Part shown: positions 20,192 to 29,335 of the stretch, piece after piece
Layout: the number at the start of each line of letters is the position of its first letter
Position numbering within the stretch: the stretch's first letter is position 1
Source of the DNA: Pseudorhodobacter sp.
GTDB lineage: Bacteria; Pseudomonadota; Alphaproteobacteria; Rhodobacterales; Rhodobacteraceae
Assembly: GCA_024642045.1 (NCBI GenBank)
Contig: JAHEBX010000001.1
Coordinates: 17,590 to 81,589 of the forward strand
DNA length: 64,000 nt
Reading direction: 5' to 3'
Program-made: the position numbers and the translations under genes
Notes under the pieces: generated by a model
Told to the model about the DNA's origin: nothing
What the model saw: only the letters and a program-made list of their open reading frames with translations
The model's database searches: none

Positions 20192-21208
20192 ATGACTGCT
20201 GATCGCAGACCGACCATCATAGATGTCGCGCATAAGGCGGGGGTTTCAAAATCGACAGTCAGCCTCGTGCTGCAAAACAGTGCATCGGTGCGCGAAGAAA
20301 CCCGTGTCTTGGTGCGGCAAGCTATGGCGGATCTGAGCTATGTCTATAACCGCGCAGCGGCCAATATGCGGATGTCGAATGCAGGCCTGATTGGTCTTGT
20401 GATCAATGACTTGCGCAACCCCTTCTTTACTGAATTTGCAACATCCTTGCAGATGGCGCTTTCGGCGCGCGGCTATGCCGTCGTGATCGCCAATACCGAT
20501 GAAGACGCCGGTTTGCAGGCGCGCACCATTGGCACAATGATTGAACATGGCGTGTCGGCCTTTATCATCTCGCCTGCCTACGGCGAAGTCGTGCCCGCCT
20601 TTGACGCGATGTTGCGCGCGGGCGTTCCGACAATGCAGGTCCTGCGTAAGGTTGATGGCCGAACCGGGCAGTTTCCCTTTGCCGGGCCCAACTACCCAGA
20701 GGGCAGCACGCTTGCAACGCGGCATCTTTTGGCGCAGGGCGCACGGCGGATTGCCTTTGTCGGCGGGCTTGCGGGGCGCGCGGTAACTCAGGAACGCATG
20801 TCGGGGTATCTGGAGGTGCTGCGCGCCGAAGGGATAGAGCCGCTGGTTCTGTCTGGAAAATCCTCACGCGCCTTTGGCCGCGAGATGGCGCATCAGCTGG
20901 CGCAGCAACACCCCGACTGTGATGCGGCACTTTGCTTTAACGACCTGGTGGCGCTGGGCATGTTGGTTGGGTGTAACGAGCTGGGTCGCAAGGTTGGGCC
21001 AAATTTCAAGATCGTCGGCTTTGACGACATCGAAGACGCAGCGCAAGCCTTTCCAACACTCAGCTCGGTGCGCTGCGATGTGGCGGGGTTTGGTCGACAG
21101 ATCGCAGCGACCGTCTTGGACTGGCTGGAAAACGGCGTGGTGCCCGCCGCCGAAAGCCGATCTGTCGTGCAATTGATCGAGCGGCAGTCCAGCACCACTG
21201 GGGCCTAG
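20192..21208 (+). CDS. LacI family transcriptional regulator
   Basis: PTIIDVAHKAGVSKSTVSLVL HTH, YVYNRAAANMR hinge, NPFF and VGFDDI motifs; RBS GGAGG. Confidence 0.93.
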   Translation: MTADRRPTIIDVAHKAGVSKSTVSLVLQNSASVREETRVLVRQAMADLSYVYNRAAANMRMSNAGLIGLVINDLRNPFFTEFATSLQMALSARGYAVVIANTDEDAGLQARTIGTMIEHGVSAFIISPAYGEVVPAFDAMLRAGVPTMQVLRKVDGRTGQFPFAGPNYPEGSTLATRHLLAQGARRIAFVGGLAGRAVTQERMSGYLEVLRAEGIEPLVLSGKSSRAFGREMAHQLAQQHPDCDAALCFNDLVALGMLVGCNELGRKVGPNFKIVGFDDIEDAAQAFPTLSSVRCDVAGFGRQIAATVLDWLENGVVPAAESRSVVQLIERQSSTTGA

Positions 21209-22146
21209 ACCACCATGCCCGACAGCCGCGCGCCCACCTCTTTCGGCACGCGGGCCCCATAATGCTGCAGCACTTCAGCCGCGACGCGCTGCCCAAGCCC
21301 TATCGCCTGTTCGGCACCCAATCCGCGCATCCGTCCGGCAAGGTAGCCTGCATTGAACGCATCGCCCGCACCCGTGGTGTCGCGGATGTTTGCAACGGGC
21401 GGGGTAGGGACCGCGCCTTGGGTCTCGGGCGTGCGAAAATGCACCGCTGCGCTGCCATTCTTGACGACGATCTCTCGCACCCCCGCCCGCGCGAGCCGTG
21501 ACACCGTCGCCGCTGGGTCGGCATCCAGAAAATGCGCGGCCTCGTCGTCGAAACTGGGTAGGGCGATATCGGTCAAGATGAGCATCTGCTGCACCGTATC
21601 GCGGATCTCTTGCGTCGAGCCCCACAGACGCGGGCGGATGTTGGGGTCAAATGCAATCACGGACCCCGCCGCCCGTGCTGACTGCAAAACCGCAAACAAC
21701 CTGCTGCGCGCCTCTGGTGCAAGAATGGCCAGCGTGATCCCCGAAAGATGGATCAAACCCGCCCCGTCGATGGCCGCCGAAAGCGCTGCTGCGTCATTGG
21801 CTAGATGACGCGCCGCAGACTGGCTGCGCCAATAGTGAAAGCTGCGCTCGACCCCATCCAGTTCAATCAGATAAAGCCCCATTGTCCGCGTGCTGTCGCG
21901 CATCAGGCCCGCGGGGTTCAGCCCATCCGCCGCCAGCTCTGCGGCAAAGGCATCGGAAATGGCATCGCACCCCAAGCCGCTGACAAAGCCCAGATCGGCG
22001 CGCGGGCCCAAAAGCTTGGCCATATGCCAGACGGTGTTAAAGGTATCGCCTGCAAAGTTCCGCCGAAAGAGCCCATCGCCCACCGGCGCAAGTTCCACCA
22101 TAGCCTCGCCGATCGCGACCATTTTGGTATTCGCAATCGTGATCAT
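21205..22146 (-). CDS. kdgK: PfkB sugar kinase, 2-keto-3-deoxygluconate kinase-like
   Basis: IGEAMVEL, AGDTFNT, ERSFHYWRSQSAAR, FDPNIRPRLW and DTTGAGDAFNAG motifs typical of KdgK. Confidence 0.75.
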   Translation of the reverse strand: MITIANTKMVAIGEAMVELAPVGDGLFRRNFAGDTFNTVWHMAKLLGPRADLGFVSGLGCDAISDAFAAELAADGLNPAGLMRDSTRTMGLYLIELDGVERSFHYWRSQSAARHLANDAAALSAAIDGAGLIHLSGITLAILAPEARSRLFAVLQSARAAGSVIAFDPNIRPRLWGSTQEIRDTVQQMLILTDIALPSFDDEAAHFLDADPAATVSRLARAGVREIVVKNGSAAVHFRTPETQGAVPTPPVANIRDTTGAGDAFNAGYLAGRMRGLGAEQAIGLGQRVAAEVLQHYGARVPKEVGARLSGMVV

Positions 22147-24224
22147 ACTGCAGAATCCGTCTGTTGTGATTTATAGATGCACCCCATCAGCCAGTCGGGC
22201 CAATCACGCTCGAAAAACGACTTGTCGGCTGCCAAGGTTCGGTTCGGGCGCACCGAAACCTCGATCTTGCCGCTGCGCAGGCGAACCACAAGTTGCTCGG
22301 CCTTGTCCTGCACCTGTTCGTTGCGAAAGCGGAACTCTGTCAAGGCGCCGGATGCTGCCTCGGGCAGGCTCTCGCCAGCGGGATCACAGATCGCCCTTGC
22401 CCCACGACTGCCTCCACCTTTGGCAATATAGGCATCAAGCGCAGCCAGCACGGCCTCTGACGCCAAAGCCATGTGCTGGCGCTGGATCAGCCGCGCACCT
22501 TCGCCCGCGCGATCTGGCCGCAAGCCCTGGCGGCGGATCCGGTCGTTCAGCGCGCGCGCCTCATCCAGCGCCGCCGCGACAGAGGCGGGCGTGCACATGA
22601 TGCCGGCATGTTCACTCATGCGGGCCTGAACGGTATCGCGCAACGTCTGCGCATCCAGCGGGCTATCGGCGCGCAACACTGATTTAAGGTCGGTCACCGC
22701 GCGCAGGTCAGCTATCTGTTCCGGCTTGCCCATCACGGCGCGGCCACTGGCGGCGATATGCTCGGCCACGCGGGTGCCAAAGACCTGGCCCGCATTCAGC
22801 GCAGCACCTCCGGGTCGCGTCACCCCATGAGTGCCCGCAGCCTCGCCAATCGCATAGCAGCCCGCGAGCGTCGTTTGCCCCCAGATATCAACCGAAATAC
22901 CACCATTCATATGCTGGTGATTCACCGCGAATTCCAAAGGCGCCGTGGCAATATCCACCTTGTAGCGGCGGTAAAGTTCAATCGCCAAAGGGTTCATATG
23001 GCGAAGGCGCTCAATCGGTATCGGTTGCACCGCGCCCGCATGTTTCAGATAGCTGCGCACATCATCGTCCAGCCGATCAAGGCTGAACGCCTGATCCCCC
23101 GGCACCGCGACAGGGTTGCGGTTGAAATCCATATACACGCGCCGCCCGGCCTCGCCTTCACGCCAGATTGCCAGATCAATCAGGCTTGATCCGAAATCCA
23201 GCATCCGCGTCGCGTGGAATGGCCATTGATAGCCCTTGCGAAAGATGTTCGAGGCCAACTCTTGCGTCGTGCGATAGTAGGCGGCCAGAAAGTTATGCTC
23301 GCCCCCTTCGGCATCGACCGAATAGATATAGGGGATGGTCTGCACATAGGTGCCCGACAGGTTCCACGGAAAGCCCTCGCGCCGCGTGCCGATACCGAAC
23401 TGGCTCTCGGTCAGATTGATCAGATCCAGCCCCGCCTCCAGCGCCAGACCCAGACTGCCAAAACAACCGTTCGGAAAGACCGAGTCGCGGTAGAGCTCGC
23501 CCGGCCCACCCGCGGCCAGCACCAGAACCGGCGCATGAAACAGCGCCAGACCCAAGGGATTGGCCTCATGGCGGTCTTTCGGGCGAATGGTCAGAACCCC
23601 TTGGGTCTGACGGTCATCGCCCTCGGTGGTGATAATCTTGACGACCGTGGTTTGATTGAAAAACGGAATGCCAAGACGCAGGGCCTCTGCCGCCAAGACC
23701 TTGACCATCAAGCGCGAGGTGCGCGGCCCGCAACTGGTCGCGCGGCCGACCTCGTCATGGTCGGTCTGATAGCGTAAGGTGCCGCCCAGCCTGTCCTGAG
23801 GCAGGGGCAAGCCCAGATATTGCAGCGACGCCATCGCCCGCGCAGAGCCCACTGCCTCGACATAGGCGGTGTCCTCATCCATCGCGCCGCCAGCGCGGAT
23901 CGCACGTGCCATCGCCTGATAGTTGTCGCCTTGGTCTGCAGTGTTGGCCGTGTGCAACGTCTGCTTGTCCGACCCCGAACAAGCCGAGGTTCCCCCCCAT
24001 GCGCTTTGTGAGATGATCGCGACCTTCACCCCGCGCCGATGCAGCTCGACCGCCGCGCGCAAGCCTGCGGCCCCGCTGCCGACAACCAGACACTCGGCAT
24101 TATAGGTGGGCAATGTGTGGCCATCCAAAACGGTCCGGCTGTCTGGTCCGGGCTCTGCCCCAAGGCGGGGCATGTCAATATCGGTCAGTGAATCCAGAAC
24201 CTCTTGCGAAACTTCCGTTTTCAA
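22143..24224 (-). CDS. FAD-binding protein of the succinate dehydrogenase/fumarate reductase/NadB flavoprotein superfamily, unknown substrate
   Basis: VVGSGAAG, HQHMNGG, YAIGEAAGTHGVTRPGG motifs; TTG start with AAGGAG RBS; ATGA overlap with kdgK. Confidence 0.82.
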   Translation of the reverse strand: MKTEVSQEVLDSLTDIDMPRLGAEPGPDSRTVLDGHTLPTYNAECLVVGSGAAGLRAAVELHRRGVKVAIISQSAWGGTSACSGSDKQTLHTANTADQGDNYQAMARAIRAGGAMDEDTAYVEAVGSARAMASLQYLGLPLPQDRLGGTLRYQTDHDEVGRATSCGPRTSRLMVKVLAAEALRLGIPFFNQTTVVKIITTEGDDRQTQGVLTIRPKDRHEANPLGLALFHAPVLVLAAGGPGELYRDSVFPNGCFGSLGLALEAGLDLINLTESQFGIGTRREGFPWNLSGTYVQTIPYIYSVDAEGGEHNFLAAYYRTTQELASNIFRKGYQWPFHATRMLDFGSSLIDLAIWREGEAGRRVYMDFNRNPVAVPGDQAFSLDRLDDDVRSYLKHAGAVQPIPIERLRHMNPLAIELYRRYKVDIATAPLEFAVNHQHMNGGISVDIWGQTTLAGCYAIGEAAGTHGVTRPGGAALNAGQVFGTRVAEHIAASGRAVMGKPEQIADLRAVTDLKSVLRADSPLDAQTLRDTVQARMSEHAGIMCTPASVAAALDEARALNDRIRRQGLRPDRAGEGARLIQRQHMALASEAVLAALDAYIAKGGGSRGARAICDPAGESLPEAASGALTEFRFRNEQVQDKAEQLVVRLRSGKIEVSVRPNRTLAADKSFFERDWPDWLMGCIYKSQQTDSAV

Positions 24225-24282
24225 CGTGCACTCCTTGGGATTGAGTTCGGTTTTGTCATCGTTTTGGTGGAATCCAGTCTTA

Positions 24283-24326
24283 TGGAACGTTCCAATTGCT
24301 ATAGACGCGATAACACATCAGGTCAA
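24283..24326 (-). promoter_or_regulatory. Sigma70-type promoter plus third LacI-type operator for the flavoprotein-kdgK operon
   Basis: Minus strand TTGACC (24326-24321), 17 nt, TATAGC (24303-24298), then TGGAACGTTCCA (24294-24283). Confidence 0.75.
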
Positions 24327-24382
24327 CATGCTACCATGTCGTTTGCGGGTTCAATGGCCGGTGATTTCACGTTGTTTCGTGA

Positions 24383-25105
24383 TCATTTGGTGTCGGACAG
24401 ATCGGAAAACCGAAACCGCGCTTTGATCGGCAAATGGTCAGAGGCTTTGCGTGCCAAGGGGCTGTCGTGCGGGGCTACATCCTGCAGCAGGCCCTTGTGA
24501 CAGCTCATAATCCGATCATAGGGCAGCAGGGGGTAACGCGATGGAAAACTGGGGGGCGGCGCGCTGACCGAAAACTGCTCAGCAAAGGTGCGAAACATCG
24601 TGGCAGTACGCGACCATTCATTCAGATCGCCCATCAGCAGCGTTGGACGGTCGGGCAGCGAAGCCACTTTATCAAGGATCGCGCGCGCCTGTGCTGCGCG
24701 CGAGCGGGGCAGCAGGCCAAGATGGGTATTCACCACCCGCAAAGGTTGGCCGTTGACCTTAAGATCGGTGATGATCGCACCGCGCGGCTCAAAACCGGGC
24801 AGGATCAGCTTGTGAACCTGCTGAACAAGCGCATTGCGCACCAAAAGCAGGTTGCCGTGCCAGCCATGTGCCGGGCCTGTCTGGTCCAGCGGAATCGGGA
24901 TCAGGCCCAGATCGCGGCGGATGCTGTCCAGATCCAGAAGGCCGGTCCGGGTGCCAAACCGCGTGTCCACCTCTTGCAGCGCCAGAATATCCGCGCCGAT
25001 TTCGGCAATGACGGCAGCGGTGCGGTCCAGATCGCGGCGCCGGTCGGTGCCGACGCCCTTATGGATGTTGTAAGAGGCCACCGAGAGGTCTTCAGGTTGC
25101 GGCAT
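24383..25105 (-). CDS. Endonuclease/exonuclease/phosphatase family protein (YbhP-like)
   Basis: SYNIHKGVG, ALQEVD, HLGL, MGDLNEW and SDHLP motifs; AGGAG RBS. Confidence 0.87.
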   Translation of the reverse strand: MPQPEDLSVASYNIHKGVGTDRRRDLDRTAAVIAEIGADILALQEVDTRFGTRTGLLDLDSIRRDLGLIPIPLDQTGPAHGWHGNLLLVRNALVQQVHKLILPGFEPRGAIITDLKVNGQPLRVVNTHLGLLPRSRAAQARAILDKVASLPDRPTLLMGDLNEWSRTATMFRTFAEQFSVSAPPPSFPSRYPLLPYDRIMSCHKGLLQDVAPHDSPLARKASDHLPIKARFRFSDLSDTK

Positions 25106-25113
25106 CGGCCCTC

Positions 25114-26703
25114 CTAAAGCAGCCATTGGATCGGCAGCGTGCCAAGGAGTTTGATCAGCAATCGCAGAGGCAGCGTTGTATTCGGCTCGATCTCGAAGCG
25201 CTGTTCGTCGCCATCGCGGTCTTGTGCCGTCCAGACCAATTTCTGACCCTCTTCCAGACTGACGCGATAGGCGAGCGTGGCGAGGTTTTCATCCAGCCAG
25301 TCCGATATACGGTCGGCGATTTTGGGGCTGTCGATCAACAGCCCCATCTCGGTGTTCAGTCTGCGTGAGCGCGGGTCAAAATTGAGAGAGCCGACAAAGA
25401 TGCGCCTGCGATCAATCGTGAAACCTTTGGCGTGCAGGGCGGCTTTGGACAGATCGAAAAGCTCGACCTCGCGCACGGATTGCTTTTGGCCGCCATCGCT
25501 CTTCAGCTCGTAAACTTCGACCCCGCCCGCGACCAAGGCCGCCCGATAAGAGGCATAGGCGCCGTGAACGACGGCGACATCGGTGGCCTCCAGCGCATTT
25601 GTAAGTGTGCGTACCCGAATGCCTTTGGCGACAAAGGCGTTAAATTGGGCAGTGGCGGTCCTGCCGGGCACGAAATAGGCTGAAATCACATCAAGACTGC
25701 GCTCTGGTGTGCCAATTTCGGCAAACAGGCGCTGGATCATCAGATCGCCACCGTCGTCAAGGCCAAGCACTTTGCCGGGGTCATCGCTGAACAAAATCGC
25801 GGGCACCCATTCCATCGGCATGCTCATCGCGATCAGCGCATCCGAAAAGGCCGAACTGTGAACGTATTCGGCATAGCGGCGGCCCTCGGCGGTGTCTCGC
25901 AAGGCGGCATCGCGCCGTTCTAACTGGGTTTCTGCGCCCGGCAAAAGCGTGATCAGGCTGGCGGCGGGATAAGCGGACTGGCTGGTCCAATAGCGCGAAA
26001 ATTCGCGGCTGACATCACGCGCCGCAGGGCCCGCCGCCATAACGTCGAGGTCAATATAGCTGAGGGGCCCACCCGTCTCGAAATAAATGTCACCAATATT
26101 GCGGCCGCCAACAACGGTTACGGCCCCGTCGACAGTGAAGGATTTGTTGTGCATCCGGCGGTTCAGGCGAAAGAAATCAAAGAGGTAGTTCACCCGCCTG
26201 TAGCTGCGCAGGGTAAAGGGGTTAAAGATGCGGACCTCTGCGTTGGGCAGCGCGTCCAGAGCCGCAAGCTCCTGATCCAACCCCAATGCGCCATTGTCAT
26301 CGACCAAGAGGCGAACCCTGACGCCGCGCTTGGCTGCGTCTTGCAGTTCTGTCAGCAAGCGCAGACCCGTCAGATCATCGTTCCAGATGTAATATTGCGC
26401 ATCAATCGACTGGGTCGCTGCGCGGGCAAGGTGGATGCGGGCGGCAAAAGCATCAGCACCGTTTTGCAAGGTCACAATCCCCGAAAGGCCCGGATGCAGG
26501 GCCGATAGCTCGGCCACCGTTTCGCCCAAGCCCGCCGATGGCGTGCTATCTGGCGCAAGGAAATCGGCCGCAGACGTCGATCTTTCCGGCAGCGGAAAGG
26601 ACATGCGCATTGCCAGCAATGCGGCGGAAACGCCACCAGCCAAAACGCCGAGACCCTTTGCCGCCTTTCGCAACACTGCGGATGATTTGGTCTGTTTACG
26701 CAC
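25114..26703 (-). CDS. Phospholipase D family protein, cardiolipin synthase ClsC-like
   Basis: Two HKD motifs (RMHNKSFTVD, LHAKGFTID), GGRNIG, GSLNFDPRS...NTEMG, N-terminal TM helix. Confidence 0.85.
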   Translation of the reverse strand: MRKQTKSSAVLRKAAKGLGVLAGGVSAALLAMRMSFPLPERSTSAADFLAPDSTPSAGLGETVAELSALHPGLSGIVTLQNGADAFAARIHLARAATQSIDAQYYIWNDDLTGLRLLTELQDAAKRGVRVRLLVDDNGALGLDQELAALDALPNAEVRIFNPFTLRSYRRVNYLFDFFRLNRRMHNKSFTVDGAVTVVGGRNIGDIYFETGGPLSYIDLDVMAAGPAARDVSREFSRYWTSQSAYPAASLITLLPGAETQLERRDAALRDTAEGRRYAEYVHSSAFSDALIAMSMPMEWVPAILFSDDPGKVLGLDDGGDLMIQRLFAEIGTPERSLDVISAYFVPGRTATAQFNAFVAKGIRVRTLTNALEATDVAVVHGAYASYRAALVAGGVEVYELKSDGGQKQSVREVELFDLSKAALHAKGFTIDRRRIFVGSLNFDPRSRRLNTEMGLLIDSPKIADRISDWLDENLATLAYRVSLEEGQKLVWTAQDRDGDEQRFEIEPNTTLPLRLLIKLLGTLPIQWLL

Positions 26704-27059
26704 TAAAACAAAACTCTCCGATGCAGCTTGTGAAAGCGTGACGTCCTGTGGCCTGCTTGCCTTGGGTTATCAAAACACGGCTTCGGGAAAAGCCAGGCAT
26801 GCTATGGGGCATAAAAACGGCCAATGGCGCTTGCTCTATGTTTGTTAACGCGAAACGTTCTCGGCACGACCCTTCTGACCAAAGTGGCATAGGCCCTTCG
26901 TGCATTAAACACAAACCTCGCCAAACGCTTTGATCTTGATCATCCAAAGCTGGCCGAAACCCTTGGCCGCAAATCTGATCAAGGGTTGACTCAGATCAGT
27001 GCCGCGCTGACGGCCAGCCAATAGGGTCACGGAGGTCTGAAACCGAAAAGAGCCGCCAG

Positions 27060-28133
27060 ATGCCGCATGAACAAAAGCCCAAGCAACAAGTATGGCTTGC
27101 ACGGTGGCGCCGGGCTTTGATCACGGGCGTCATCATTGTGGGGGTTGGTGGTTATTGGGGCTGGCAAAGCCTGCGCGAGGGCCCGCACGAGGTTTTAAGT
27201 GAAGTGGCAACACTTGGCCCTGTGACGCGATTGCTTGCGGTCAACGGCAAGATTGCGGCGCAAACGTCGGTACAGATCCGCGCCTCGGTCAGTGCGACGG
27301 TGCTGGATTTGCTGGTGCAGGAGGGTGATGCGGTGACCAAAGGGCAGGTCTTGGCACGGCTTGATGATACTCAGCAACGCGCCGTGGTCCAACAAGCGAT
27401 TTCGACGCTGCAAGGTGGCCAGATTCAACAGGCACAGGCCGAGGCCACCTATTCGCGCAGTCTTGAGTTGGGCAGCTTGATCGCCCGCTCCAAGCTGGAG
27501 GACGCCCAGCGGTCGCTGGATGGCGCAGAGCAAGAGGTGGCGCGGCTGTCAGCGATCCTGGAACAGGCCAAGATCCAACTGGCGCGTTACACCGTCCAAG
27601 CCCCGATCGCGGGGACTGTCATCGCCAGATCCGTCGATCTGGGGCAGTTGGTAGATGCCTCGACAGCCCTGTTCACGCTGGCCGATCTGTCCGAGTTGAT
27701 TGTTGAGACGGATGTTGATGAAAGCTATGGCACCCAGATCGCGCTGGGTCAGGCTGCCAAGATGCGGCTTGTCGGGAGCCGCACCACGCTGGAGGGCGCG
27801 GTGACCTTTGTGTCCCCCAAGGTTGACGCCGCGACGGGTGGGCTGGCGGTGAAGATCGGCTTTGCCGCGCCGCTAAGCGCACCCGTGGGGCTTACGGTGA
27901 CTGCGAATATTGTTGTGGACCAAAGAGATGGCATTACCGTGCCGCGCGCCGCCCTGATGGGCGATGCGGTGTTTCTCTATGTGGACGGCAAGGCCAAACG
28001 GACACCGGTTAGCTACATCGACTGGCCTGCGGCGCGGCTGATCGTGACCGACGGGCTGAAGGCCGGCGATCTGGTAATCATGGATAGCACCGGATTGAGT
28101 GACGGGTTGACGGTTAAGCTGGGTAAACTCTGA
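27060..28133 (+). CDS. Efflux periplasmic adaptor (membrane fusion protein)
   Basis: N-terminal TM, biotinyl-lipoyl-like VQEGDAVTKGQVLARLD, coiled hairpin, APIAGTV. Confidence 0.87.
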   Translation: MPHEQKPKQQVWLARWRRALITGVIIVGVGGYWGWQSLREGPHEVLSEVATLGPVTRLLAVNGKIAAQTSVQIRASVSATVLDLLVQEGDAVTKGQVLARLDDTQQRAVVQQAISTLQGGQIQQAQAEATYSRSLELGSLIARSKLEDAQRSLDGAEQEVARLSAILEQAKIQLARYTVQAPIAGTVIARSVDLGQLVDASTALFTLADLSELIVETDVDESYGTQIALGQAAKMRLVGSRTTLEGAVTFVSPKVDAATGGLAVKIGFAAPLSAPVGLTVTANIVVDQRDGITVPRAALMGDAVFLYVDGKAKRTPVSYIDWPAARLIVTDGLKAGDLVIMDSTGLSDGLTVKLGKL

Positions 28134-29335
28134 TGCTCTACGCGCTAAAAATCGCAAGCCGCTATTTGACTGCCTCCAAGGCGCAGACCGCACTCTTGGT
28201 GACAGGCGTCGCAGTGGGGGTGTTCATCTTTATCTTTATGTCGGCGCTGATCGGCGGATTGGCCGAGTTTATCCTCGCGCGCACTGCCGGGGATATGGCG
28301 CATGTCAGCATTCAGGCCGAGGCGACCAACCCTGCGCAGCTTGGTGAATTTCCCGGCACGACACTGTTGGTTCAAGCTGCCACGGATGAGACCGCAACCT
28401 TGCGCGATGCGACCAATTTCCAGCCGTTGATCGAGGCCTTACCCGAGGTCAAGGCGGTCTCGCCTCAGGTCAACGGCGCGGGTGTTTTGCGGCGCGGCAC
28501 ACAGGTGGCGCAGGTCTCGATTATCGGGCTGGAGCCGGGGCGCGAGTCGGCGATCACCAATCTGGCAAAGTATATGGTTGAGGGCGATGCGGGGTTGCGC
28601 ACGGGGGCGCTGCTTTTGGGCAAAAGTCTCGTTGATGATCTGGGCCTGAGCCTTGGTCAATCGGTTCTGGTGCAGTCAGCCAACGGCATTGATGCGGCGC
28701 TGACCCTGACGGGGATTTATCAGATTGGCTCTGGCGGACCGGACCGTCGCATGGCCTATGTAAGCCTGTCCACCGCACGCACGCTGTTTGCGATGCCACA
28801 GGGGCTGACCAAGGTCGAGATCAAACTCAATGACCTCTATGCCGCCGATGAGGTGGCGGCGCATATCAGGGCACTGACGGGATTGCCGGCGAAATCATGG
28901 ACAGTGGACGGCGCGCAATTGCTTGAGGCGCTCAAGGCTCAGGCGCAGACGGGCTATTTTCTCAAGACCTTTGCGATGATCACCATCGTGATTGGCGTGG
29001 CTTCGGCGCTGCTTTTGTCGACCTATCGCCGCAGGCCCGAGATCGGCATCATGCGCGCGATGGGGGCGTCGCGGAACTTTGTGATCGTGGTGTTTGTGCT
29101 GCAGGGTGCTTTGGTCGGGGTGATGGGCGGGCTTGTGGGGGCTGGGCTGGGCTACCTTGCGCTGCTGCCATTTCCGACGCGGGACGCCTTTCGACCGGGC
29201 ACCTTGCCGATGGATATCACCCAAGGCTCCTATGGGCTTGCGATCATCCTGACCGTGATCGGTGCAATTTTCGCCTCTATCCTGCCGGCGCGGTCAGCGG
29301 CAAGGGTGGACCCGGTGACGGCGATTGGCCAATGA
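28133..29335 (+). CDS. FtsX/MacB/LolE-like ABC permease
   Basis: TM1, large periplasmic domain, EIGIMRAMGAS and PARSAARVDPV motifs. Confidence 0.87.
   Translation: MLYALKIASRYLTASKAQTALLVTGVAVGVFIFIFMSALIGGLAEFILARTAGDMAHVSIQAEATNPAQLGEFPGTTLLVQAATDETATLRDATNFQPLIEALPEVKAVSPQVNGAGVLRRGTQVAQVSIIGLEPGRESAITNLAKYMVEGDAGLRTGALLLGKSLVDDLGLSLGQSVLVQSANGIDAALTLTGIYQIGSGGPDRRMAYVSLSTARTLFAMPQGLTKVEIKLNDLYAADEVAAHIRALTGLPAKSWTVDGAQLLEALKAQAQTGYFLKTFAMITIVIGVASALLLSTYRRRPEIGIMRAMGASRNFVIVVFVLQGALVGVMGGLVGAGLGYLALLPFPTRDAFRPGTLPMDITQGSYGLAIILTVIGAIFASILPARSAARVDPVTAIGQ

Noticed and set aside
24383-26703. PLD plus nuclease-fold gene as an anti-phage system
   Set aside because: The PLD has two HKD motifs, an N-terminal TM and cardiolipin-synthase-type flanks, not a single-HKD nuclease; no helicase or methylase nearby
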